IMG/VR virus record: IMGVR_UViG_3300005805_000331
Location: 1 to 29,365 of that record
DNA length: 29,365 nt
Reading direction: 5' to 3' (one strand)
Origin: a virus
Taxonomy: Duplodnaviria; Caudoviricetes
Shown: one piece after another, positions 7,805 through 15,872 of the stretch
Layout of the letters: each line of letters begins with the position of its first letter
Position numbering within the stretch: the first letter of the stretch is position 1
Program-made: the position numbers and the translations under genes
The notes under the pieces: model-generated
Seen by the model: only the letters and a program-made list of their open reading frames with translations
Databases searched by the model: none
What the model was told of the DNA's origin: nothing

Positions 7805-7867
7805 AAGGTTTAATTTAAGGCTGTTAGAGAGTTTTAGGATGAATGACAGACGCTCCATGTAAAGAAT

Positions 7868-8230
7868 GAAGGAAAGCACACATTATGCTATGTGCTCTCC
7901 TTCGATTGTGCTCACCTGTTTTGGGCAATCGATTGTTTTCATTAATAATTAATGAGAATGTTCTGTGCAGTAAACCTTGTTGGTGAGCTGTGGAACTTCT
8001 GCACCCATTCTCAATAATTAATCAAGGCTGTTTGTCAGGCAAAATTGCTCTTGTCAGCCTGCATTATGGGGGGCTAACCCCAACCACGCAATTCTGTGTG
8101 GGGGTTTTGGGTTGGATAGGCCCCCTCTCTCATCAACATAGCCCCTATCCCCCTAGAAAAAAATTTTTGGAAAATAAATTTGGATGATAATGTTAATTGT
8201 AATTACCTTTGGGGGACGGTGGGTGGGTTA
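7868..8230. other. Divergent strand-switch region with serial stem-loops, G/C runs and A-tracts
   Basis: Inverted repeats at 7868-7903, 7946-8020, 8025-8060 and 8068-8125; AAAAAAATTTTT at 8157-8168. Confidence 0.7.
8179..8211 (+). promoter_or_regulatory. Bacteroidota sigma-type promoter
   Basis: TTTG (8179-8182)-N21-TACCTTTG (8204-8211), matching the -33/-7 TTTG/TAnnTTTG consensus. Confidence 0.7.
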
Positions 8231-8256
8231 TAGGGAACAAATTAAAACACATACAT

Positions 8257-8496
8257 ATGATTATTCTTATTGGTGCTATTGTTATTCTGTTGGTTATTTC
8301 AGTTGTCTATGCTTTGTTACATTCCATAGAGCTGACATTTGGTTTAGAGATTAATACGTTAACATCTCCTTTCTATAAGCTTGGGTTATTCTTCCAGAGA
8401 TATACACTAGAGGATGGAACAGTGGAAGATGAGCTTACAATTGGTTTGTTCTTTGTTAACATTGTAATTGTAGCTTGGAAAGAAAATGAGGCATAA
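8257..8496 (+). CDS. Small membrane protein
   Basis: Start reassigned to MIILIG at 8257; hydrophobic N-terminal helix and C-terminal segment. Confidence 0.65.
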   Translation: MIILIGAIVILLVISVVYALLHSIELTFGLEINTLTSPFYKLGLFFQRYTLEDGTVEDELTIGLFFVNIVIVAWKENEA

Positions 8497-8532
8497 TATA
8501 GCATTCTCTATAACAAATAACCACATAGGGTG

Positions 8533-8562
8533 TTGTTAATGAGCTATTATTATCTATCTTTG
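8533..8562 (+). promoter_or_regulatory. Bacteroidota sigma-type promoter
   Basis: TTG (8533-8535)-N19-TATCTTTG (8555-8562), 15 nt before the ATG at 8577. Confidence 0.7.
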
Positions 8563-8576
8563 CATTAATTACATAC

Positions 8577-8933
8577 ATGGAGAATAGAAAGACGATAGTA
8601 CAGAAGCTTAAAAGACAGGAGGAAGACATCTTCCAATGTGCTCAGAGGTATTATTCTGTCCTGTCTGCTATTAATGATCTCTATCTAACGGAAAGGGAAA
8701 TACAGCTTGTAGCCTTTACAGCTGTTAAGGGGAACATCTCCTATAAGAACATCAGAGACGAGTTCTGTGAGAAGTATAAAAGTTCTGCCCCTACAATTAA
8801 CAATCTGATTTCCAAGCTTAAGAAGTTGGGAGTGTTTGTTAAGGATGGGACAAAGGTGAAGGTGAACCCACAAATAGGGCTCAATTTCGAAAACAATATT
8901 GTCTTACAAATAACAATAACGCCTAATGGATAA
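8577..8933 (+). CDS. Winged-helix DNA-binding protein (RepL/MarR-like)
   Basis: LTEREIQLV...SAPTINNLISKLKKLGVFVK wHTH pattern. Confidence 0.65.
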   Translation: MENRKTIVQKLKRQEEDIFQCAQRYYSVLSAINDLYLTEREIQLVAFTAVKGNISYKNIRDEFCEKYKSSAPTINNLISKLKKLGVFVKDGTKVKVNPQIGLNFENNIVLQITITPNG

Positions 8934-9342
8934 GCCTATAAGCATGTCCGTTAAGGACTATCTAATAAGGAAGCTGTCTGTCAGTCTTATGATGAGTGAG
9001 AAGACAATAGAGGCAATTGTCAACCACCAGTTTCGTTCAGCCAACATTGCTCTTCAGGATAATAACACAGTGGAAATCAGTGGCTTTGGGAAGTTTCATT
9101 TCAATTACAATAAGGCTGTAAGGAAGATGGAGAAGATGGTGAGCAAAGCCAATTTGTTCTATTCCCAGGTGAATAATATGGAGCTTACAGAACAGAAGAG
9201 AAATTCGTCAGCTAACAAGTTAGCCAACACATTAGCACAGATAGAAGCATTAAAACCAAAACTAAATGTTGAACATCAGCCAGATTTACGAGGGATGGAG
9301 GAACAAGTTGATTCCCCCAGCACACTTGAAGGAGCAAATTAA
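8926..9342 (+). CDS. HU/IHF-like DNA-binding protein
   Basis: IEAIV...ALQDNNTVEISGFGKF, the HU/IHF signature. Confidence 0.75.
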   Translation: MDKPISMSVKDYLIRKLSVSLMMSEKTIEAIVNHQFRSANIALQDNNTVEISGFGKFHFNYNKAVRKMEKMVSKANLFYSQVNNMELTEQKRNSSANKLANTLAQIEALKPKLNVEHQPDLRGMEEQVDSPSTLEGAN

Positions 9343-9577
9343 AACCATTGGTGAAGAGAGGACAGCAATATGTGAAGCATGTCCTCATCACTCAAAGAAT
9401 CATAAGACAAGAAGACCAGATGCTCATTGTACAAGGTGTGGATGTACACTATCAGCAAAGACAGCTTGTCTCTCTTGTAGCTGCCCAATAAACAAATGGG
9501 AAGCACACATGACAGACGAGCAATATGATGAAATAAGAAAAGAAATAATAAATGAAGGAGAAACAAGTCAAACTTAG
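9266..9577 (+). CDS. Cys-rich zinc-binding protein
   Basis: RTAICEACP...CTRCGC.L.AKT...CPINKW. Confidence 0.75.
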   Translation: MLNISQIYEGWRNKLIPPAHLKEQIKTIGEERTAICEACPHHSKNHKTRRPDAHCTRCGCTLSAKTACLSCSCPINKWEAHMTDEQYDEIRKEIINEGETSQT

Positions 9578-9809
9578 GAAGATACATTTGGACACACTCA
9601 TGAAATTGCTTGCTGAGCTATATGATAAGGGTGTGGATTATGTGGATATTATAGGAACAGTGGACAAGGTGCAAGATTCCATAGGAATCTCCTTCTGTAG
9701 TGAGTATATGAATGAGGACATGAAGGAAAATTTTGACAACATTTCTGCATCAAAAATTGAAGAAGCCTCTTCTTCTTTAGATGACCAAGATTTAAACCAA
9801 TTAATATGA
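9552..9809 (+). CDS. Hypothetical protein
   Basis: ORF track; overlapping, operon-like arrangement. Confidence 0.75.
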   Translation: MKEKQVKLRKIHLDTLMKLLAELYDKGVDYVDIIGTVDKVQDSIGISFCSEYMNEDMKENFDNISASKIEEASSSLDDQDLNQLI

Positions 9810-9988
9810 ACCCAGTAGTAGAAGCATGGATTGTTATTGAGAAGCTTGGGGCTCTTGTAGCCACACCAGGAATCTCTGAAGCTGTGAAAGAGTCAGCTAA
9901 TGAACAGATTAAGAAACTGTTAGATGATGTAGTGAGCCCTAGCCTTACAAAGCTCTCAGCATCCTCAGCAGGAATAATTACGAAATAG
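9806..9988 (+). CDS. Hypothetical protein
   Basis: ATGA overlap with the upstream gene. Confidence 0.7.
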   Translation: MNPVVEAWIVIEKLGALVATPGISEAVKESANEQIKKLLDDVVSPSLTKLSASSAGIITK

Positions 9989-9994
9989 AATGAA

Positions 9995-10282
9995 ATGAGC
10001 AGGAAACCAAATTATTATAATCAGGTGATTGCCATTCTACAAGAACTACATACTGTCTACCCACAATACAACTTAGGAAGACACATTGCTACAGCTCTTG
10101 ATGGATATGGTGATGCTTGGGGAATTACAGACAAGGAATTGTTATTTGCCTTTACAAAATACAAAGGAGAGCTTGAGCTAGATGTTCCCCATACAGATGA
10201 TCAGGAATTAGATCAGATTATAAAGGAAGGACTAGACCTAGAAAACATGTTTAAAGAGGAAGAAGATGGCGACAACTATTAA
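9995..10282 (+). CDS. Hypothetical protein
   Basis: ORF track. Confidence 0.75.
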   Translation: MSRKPNYYNQVIAILQELHTVYPQYNLGRHIATALDGYGDAWGITDKELLFAFTKYKGELELDVPHTDDQELDQIIKEGLDLENMFKEEEDGDNY

Positions 10283-10604
10283 GAAAACTACATACATTAA
10301 TACAGAACTTGAATGGGCTGAGCAACAACTGAAGAGCTGGAAGGCTTATGTTGATGCAAACCCATTACACGAACTAAAAGACAGGATTGAATGGAAACCT
10401 ACAGCTAAGGGTGGTATGTTACCAATGGTGATTGCATCTATTGAAGCACAGGGTAAGTTTGTCCAAGAAACCATGAAGAACTACCTTGCTCTGGTGGAAG
10501 TGGTGGATAAGCTTAGAAGTGCAGAAGAAGCTAAGGTGGAGGTGAGAGGTAAAGGAGAACTTAGCTCTATGGCTGAAGATTTCCTTAAGAGCAGAAAATC
10601 ATGA
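10266..10604 (+). CDS. Hypothetical protein, possible terminase small subunit
   Basis: Helical 112-aa protein coupled (ATGA) to terL; function inferred from position only. Confidence 0.5.
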   Translation: MATTIKKTTYINTELEWAEQQLKSWKAYVDANPLHELKDRIEWKPTAKGGMLPMVIASIEAQGKFVQETMKNYLALVEVVDKLRSAEEAKVEVRGKGELSSMAEDFLKSRKS

Positions 10605-12628
10605 ATATACAATCTATAGATTATAAGGATTGGTTTATCAACCAGCCCAGAATTCCAGATAAGGAAAGCCAAGAACACAAGGCTTTCTTTGAGTTCCATA
10701 AAGACTTATGTCTAAATGGAGCTATGATGAATGGTGTCTATATAAATCCATTCCTCTATTGGCACTTAAACATATGGCATACAGAGGTGGATGTTATAGA
10801 TGAGAGGGGTAGGATTAGCCAGAGCTATGCCAACCCCCTGCTCAGAGATAACGAATGGATTGTAACAAATGAAATAGATAGGGCTCAACAGGAGAAGAAA
10901 GGCTTGGTTATTCTAGGAATCAGACGTTTTGCCAAGTCTGTTATTGAGGCAAGCTATATAGCATGGGGAGCTACATTTGATGAGAACTCACAGAACATTA
11001 TTTCTGGACTGAATTCTCCAGATATAAAACTAATTACAGATAAGATTGATAAGGGACTCAACTTCCTACCAGAAGCTTGGAGGTGGCAGAGAATAGAGGA
11101 CAACTGGAAGAACCAAGTGACATTAGGAATTAAGACCAAATCAGGAGAGAGGATTCCATTCTCTCAAATTCTTATTCGTAACCTAGATGAGGGTAATAAT
11201 GAAGAGGCTATTGCAGGTACAAAACCACGTAAACTAATTATAGATGAGATTGGTAAAGGATCTTTTCTTAGGGGCTTCCAAGCTGCTGTGCCTGGTTTCA
11301 CCACACCATTTGGATGGGGTTGCTCTCCTATTCTTACAGGTACAGGTGGTGATATGAAGAGATTTATGGATGCAAAGAGCTTAATGTTCGATGTAGACAA
11401 CTTTAACTTTCTCACATACAATAATGAAAAAGACACCATGAGGGTGCATGGCTTATTCATCTCTAATAAGTATAGGATGGAAGCCAAAGAGCAATCTACA
11501 CTAGGAGCTTTCTTAAATGAGCCAGAGGGAAGTGATCTTAACAACATCCCAATGCTTGTTAGTAACGAAGAGAAAGCTAACGAAATAACAACCAACAACT
11601 TAGAACGCCTGAAGAAAGCAGGTGATAGGATAGCCTATCTGAAGGAAAAGATGTACTATCCAGTAGAAGTTGATGATATATTCCTTAACGAGGACACTAA
11701 TATATTTGATATTGAAGCTGCCAAGAGGCAGAAGACTAGGCTTCTTCAGAATGAGCGTACAGGCACTCCTGTTATTCTCTACATGGATGAAGATAAAATA
11801 GGACATCAGTTTACAGATAAACAACCCATCACCAACTTCCCTCTGAAGAACAGTGATCTTAAAGATGCTCCTGTTGTAATATATGAATTCCCTGTAGCGA
11901 CTCCCCCATATGGACTCTATGTGGCAGGGGTTGACCCCTATAGACAGGGACAATCAGCATATAGCTCCTCATTAGGAGCAGTTTATATTTATAAACGAAT
12001 GCATGATTTGACAGGTGAGAAATATCAGGATATGTTCGTAGCTTCGTATGTAGCTAGACCTGATAAGAAGGAAACATGGGAAGAACAAGCTCGTCTGCTC
12101 ATCAAGTATTACAATGCTAGAACGCTTTGTGAGAATGATGACATTTCTTTTATAGAATATATGAAGGCAAAAGGAGATGCTCACTACCTAGAAAAACAAC
12201 CTCAGTGGCTGCAGGAGATTGTTCCTAACACCACTGTAAAGAGAGAATATGGAATTCATAGGAGCTCTCAGAAAATAATTGACTACCTTCACAACTGCTT
12301 GAAGAAGTATTTGGAGGAAGTTATAATAGTGGAGAAGGATGATAATGGGAATGTCACCAAACAATTAACAGGTGTGAACAAGGTGTTTGATCCTGTTCTG
12401 TTGGAAGAGGTGATACAATATAACGATCAGGGTAACTTTGACCGTATTGTGGCAGCAGAACTAGCAATTGCCCAGGCTTATAAGATGGATCCTATTATAG
12501 GGAGAGTTGGGGGAAGTGGTGATGCTAGAGTGGTGGCAATGTTTGCAAAGAAACAACCTGGTTCAAAACTGTTTGATACAAGATCTTCAGGATTATTTGG
12601 AAATAAAAAACGTAAACTTTTTACATAA
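10601..12628 (+). CDS. terL: Terminase large subunit
   Basis: Walker A-like RRFAKS, Walker B LIIDEIG, motif III TGTGG, RNase H-like nuclease YVAGVDPY and GNFDR; precedes the portal gene. Confidence 0.92.
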   Translation: MNIQSIDYKDWFINQPRIPDKESQEHKAFFEFHKDLCLNGAMMNGVYINPFLYWHLNIWHTEVDVIDERGRISQSYANPLLRDNEWIVTNEIDRAQQEKKGLVILGIRRFAKSVIEASYIAWGATFDENSQNIISGLNSPDIKLITDKIDKGLNFLPEAWRWQRIEDNWKNQVTLGIKTKSGERIPFSQILIRNLDEGNNEEAIAGTKPRKLIIDEIGKGSFLRGFQAAVPGFTTPFGWGCSPILTGTGGDMKRFMDAKSLMFDVDNFNFLTYNNEKDTMRVHGLFISNKYRMEAKEQSTLGAFLNEPEGSDLNNIPMLVSNEEKANEITTNNLERLKKAGDRIAYLKEKMYYPVEVDDIFLNEDTNIFDIEAAKRQKTRLLQNERTGTPVILYMDEDKIGHQFTDKQPITNFPLKNSDLKDAPVVIYEFPVATPPYGLYVAGVDPYRQGQSAYSSSLGAVYIYKRMHDLTGEKYQDMFVASYVARPDKKETWEEQARLLIKYYNARTLCENDDISFIEYMKAKGDAHYLEKQPQWLQEIVPNTTVKREYGIHRSSQKIIDYLHNCLKKYLEEVIIVEKDDNGNVTKQLTGVNKVFDPVLLEEVIQYNDQGNFDRIVAAELAIAQAYKMDPIIGRVGGSGDARVVAMFAKKQPGSKLFDTRSSGLFGNKKRKLFT

Positions 12629-15225
12629 TGGCAATTATTAGATATACGAAGGATGCAACGATTAGATATGCCTATCTAAACATATTCCCTGATCAGTTTA
12701 AAACTGAGAAGGAGAAAAGGGATGAGAGTTGGATTAAGAACACAATGGACTACTTTGCAAATAAAGCTTATGCTGAATATGTAAAGAACCGTGACACCTT
12801 TGTCAAGAATTACGATCTTGTAAAGGGAATTCTTCGTATGGAGGATTTCTATCAAGAACCTGAGGTGAGAAGTTTTACAGATATGCTTACAGCTGACTTA
12901 CAGCTTCCTGCGTACGTGAAGCATTATTCCATTATAACAACACCAATTAATGAACTTGTAGGAGAGATAAGTAAGAGACCTGATGCATTTAGGATTAAGG
13001 CATTTGATGATGATTCCCAATCTGAGGAGCTAGAATACAAAACACAGATTCTTCAGGAATATGTAATGAATGAGGCAAGGCAAAAAATTCAACAGAAATT
13101 TGCAATGCAAGGAGTTTCTCCAGAGGAAATGGATGAAGAAGAAATTCAACAAATGACTCTTGAGGAAGTGAAGGATGATATTGATTCATATACATCTGTG
13201 GCTGAGAAATGGGCAAATCACATTCTTACATGTCAAAAAGCAGACTTTAATCTAAAAGAAAAATCAGAGGATGCTTTTAGAGACATGCTTATTTCTGCTC
13301 GTGAATACTATCACATATATGAAGACAACTCGAAGGTGGGATATAACATTGAAGTGGCTAACCCAAAAAATACATGGTTTCTCACCACTCCTGATAGAAA
13401 GTATATCTCTGATCCTACAGGTAGAGCTCAAGGGGCCTATGCTGCTGGTACAGTGCAAGTTATGGAGCTTTCAGAAATCATTGAAGCAGTTCCTGACCTC
13501 ACAAAAGAAGAAATAGATCATCTAAGAAGCTCTCTCCAAGACTATGGACTAATTAATGTCCGTGAATCAAATCTAGGTAATCCTAATGTCACTCCTGGTA
13601 TTGACTCTGTCACCTATGATACATATGATCCACTGGTCCTTCAAACTCGTATGATTATCGAAAGTGAAATGAAGGAGAACAATGATGGTCTTAAAGACTT
13701 TTTAGGACTCACATCCAATGTAAGTTCATTTGGCTACAAGTATGTAGTGGTGAGATGTTATTGGTTGAGTAAGAGGAAGATAGGTAAACTTATATATGTT
13801 GATGAGTTGGGTAATGAGCAATCTATTCTTGTAGATGAGAATTACAAGTCAGGCACTATTCCTACAGAGGTTTCTTTGGAATGGGGGTGGGTTAATCAAT
13901 GGTATCAGGGTACAAAGATTGGTCCAGACATCTATCATATTAAGCCATACAAACTTCTTAACTACTGCCCTATAATTGGAATCAATTATGAGATTAAGAA
14001 TACAGAAGCTAAAAGCTTAGTTGATCTTATGAAACCTTTCCAGGTGTTATACAATGTTTGTATGAACCAGCTTTACAAACTTCTTGAGAAAGAGGTGGGT
14101 AAGGTGTATTTAACATCTATCAGACACGTACCAGTTCCTAAGGATGGTGATGCACAAGATGCTCTTGATATATGGGAAATGGAAGCTAGGAACAGAGGTG
14201 TGGTGTTTATAGATGACAGTCCTGAGAACTTAAAGAGTCCATCAAGCTTTAATCAGTTTAGAGACATTGACCTCACACGTACGCAGGAGATTCAATCTAG
14301 GTATCAACTAGCTATGCAATTAAAGAATGAGTGCTGGGAATTGATTGGTATGTCAAGACAAAGACTTGGATCTATATCAGCTAGTGAGTCTGCTACAGGA
14401 ACCAATGCTGCTATTACGCAAAGTTATTCTCAAACAGAACCTTTGTTTGTAGCACATGAATATGTTCTTGGTCAACTCTATCAAGCTATTATTGATGCAT
14501 CTCTTTATGTAGAAAGTAAAAAGCCACAGTCCACTCTATCATACATCACATCTGAAGGAGAATCTGCTTTTGTTCAAGTGAATGGTACAGATCTTAAATT
14601 CCGTGATCTTAAAGTGTTTGCCACTAACAGACCTGAAGATAAGAAGATGTTTGATGAAATTAGAGGATTGTCTCAAGCTGTTCTTCAGAATGGTGGAAGT
14701 CTACATGATGTTATTGAGCTTTATTCTACCAACTCAATGAGAGAAATGAAGAAGGTGTTCAAGACACTTAAGGATAGACAAGAGCAAATGCAAGATCAGC
14801 AAATGCAAATTCAGCAGAAACAATTGGAGCAACAGCAGCAACAAGCACAAGCTCAAATTCAATTGGCTCAACAACAACAAGCTGAGAAACTTTTACATGA
14901 TGATTACCAGAAGGAGCTTGACAGGATTAACAAAAAAGAGATTGCCATCATCCAAGCTACAGGATTTGGTAGAGTGGAAGCTGAAGATGTTAATGCTAAT
15001 GAGGTGCCTGATGTATTGGAAATGAGCAAGTTAGCTAATGAACAAACAAAAGCTGCTAAAGACTATCAAATGAAAATGGCTGATATACAATCAAAGAATA
15101 ATCTAGCTGCTCAAAAACTTCAAATAGAAAGAGAGAAATTACAAGTGGCTAGAGAAAACCAAGCAAATGATCTTGCTGTTGCTAAAGAGAATGCCAAAGG
15201 AAGAAACAAAAAACCATCTAAATAA
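12628..15225 (+). CDS. Portal protein (crAss-like)
   Basis: 865 aa directly after terL; HYSIITTPINELVGE, SLVDLMKPFQVLYN and IGMSRQRLG motifs; Q-rich coiled-coil C-terminus. Confidence 0.88.
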   Translation: MAIIRYTKDATIRYAYLNIFPDQFKTEKEKRDESWIKNTMDYFANKAYAEYVKNRDTFVKNYDLVKGILRMEDFYQEPEVRSFTDMLTADLQLPAYVKHYSIITTPINELVGEISKRPDAFRIKAFDDDSQSEELEYKTQILQEYVMNEARQKIQQKFAMQGVSPEEMDEEEIQQMTLEEVKDDIDSYTSVAEKWANHILTCQKADFNLKEKSEDAFRDMLISAREYYHIYEDNSKVGYNIEVANPKNTWFLTTPDRKYISDPTGRAQGAYAAGTVQVMELSEIIEAVPDLTKEEIDHLRSSLQDYGLINVRESNLGNPNVTPGIDSVTYDTYDPLVLQTRMIIESEMKENNDGLKDFLGLTSNVSSFGYKYVVVRCYWLSKRKIGKLIYVDELGNEQSILVDENYKSGTIPTEVSLEWGWVNQWYQGTKIGPDIYHIKPYKLLNYCPIIGINYEIKNTEAKSLVDLMKPFQVLYNVCMNQLYKLLEKEVGKVYLTSIRHVPVPKDGDAQDALDIWEMEARNRGVVFIDDSPENLKSPSSFNQFRDIDLTRTQEIQSRYQLAMQLKNECWELIGMSRQRLGSISASESATGTNAAITQSYSQTEPLFVAHEYVLGQLYQAIIDASLYVESKKPQSTLSYITSEGESAFVQVNGTDLKFRDLKVFATNRPEDKKMFDEIRGLSQAVLQNGGSLHDVIELYSTNSMREMKKVFKTLKDRQEQMQDQQMQIQQKQLEQQQQQAQAQIQLAQQQQAEKLLHDDYQKELDRINKKEIAIIQATGFGRVEAEDVNANEVPDVLEMSKLANEQTKAAKDYQMKMADIQSKNNLAAQKLQIEREKLQVARENQANDLAVAKENAKGRNKKPSK

Positions 15226-15755
15226 TGTTTGACAAACTCATAGACCTAATCATAAATTGGTTTAATTACCTCACACCTGCTGTAATTATTCCAAATTACG
15301 AAGAAGCTGTGCTTCTTAGGAATGGACATTTTAAAAAAGTGTTAGGTCCAGGGTTCCACGTGAAAATCCCTATATTTGATGAGGTGATTACACAACATGT
15401 TGTTGTGACAACATTAAGTTTGGCTGCCCAATCTCTATATACGAAGGATAAACAAAACATTGTTGTAAAAGGAGTGATCAAATATAGGATAGCAGATGTT
15501 AAAACATTTCTGCTAGAAGTGTTTGATGCTCAAGATGCTTTAGCTGATATGACCCAATCCATCATCAAGAACATAATCATCTCCTCATCCCTGGAACAAT
15601 GCATTGATCCTGAGATGGATAATGTTCTCACTAAGAAGGTGAGAGCAGAATCAAAAAAATGGGGAGTGGACATACAACAAGTGACACTTACAGATATAGC
15701 CCCAATTAGAAGCTACAGGATAATAAATGACTCAATTCTAAACAAACTTGATTAG
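15225..15755 (+). CDS. SPFH/band-7 (stomatin/prohibitin-like) domain protein
   Basis: YEEAVLLRNG...LGPGFHVKIP...TKDKQNIVVKGVIKYRI...WGVDIQQVTLTDI. Confidence 0.88.
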   Translation: MFDKLIDLIINWFNYLTPAVIIPNYEEAVLLRNGHFKKVLGPGFHVKIPIFDEVITQHVVVTTLSLAAQSLYTKDKQNIVVKGVIKYRIADVKTFLLEVFDAQDALADMTQSIIKNIIISSSLEQCIDPEMDNVLTKKVRAESKKWGVDIQQVTLTDIAPIRSYRIINDSILNKLD

Positions 15756-15813
15756 AGTAAAATATTTTAATGCTATATTATCTTGAAAAACAGAGCATAT
15801 AGGCACTATTCTC

Positions 15814-15844
15814 TTTGCTGATAACATATTGTTATATACTTTTA
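15814..15844 (+). promoter_or_regulatory. Probable promoter for the capsid operon
   Basis: TTTG (15814-15817)-N19-TACTTTTA, one mismatch to TAnnTTTG. Confidence 0.5.
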
Positions 15845-15872
15845 CATTGAAAACCAGATAAATAAACTACAT

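Larger units (their letters stand above)
6092..7846 (-). promoter_or_regulatory. Four copies of a conserved intergenic motif (minus strand ATTCATCCTAAAACyT), candidate phage early promoter
   Basis: GTTTTAGGATG core on the plus strand within 6092-6107, 6633-6649, 7603-7621 and 7829-7846, each ~25-50 nt upstream of a minus-strand ATG. Confidence 0.65.

Noticed and set aside
1186-7900. CRISPR array or integron attC array
   Set aside because: The repeats are degenerate, irregularly spaced and separated by whole genes; no cas or integrase gene and no consistent RYYYAAC/GTTRRRY ends
14780-14885. CAA/CAG repeat as a separate repeat element
   Set aside because: It simply encodes the Gln-rich coiled coil of the portal C-terminus
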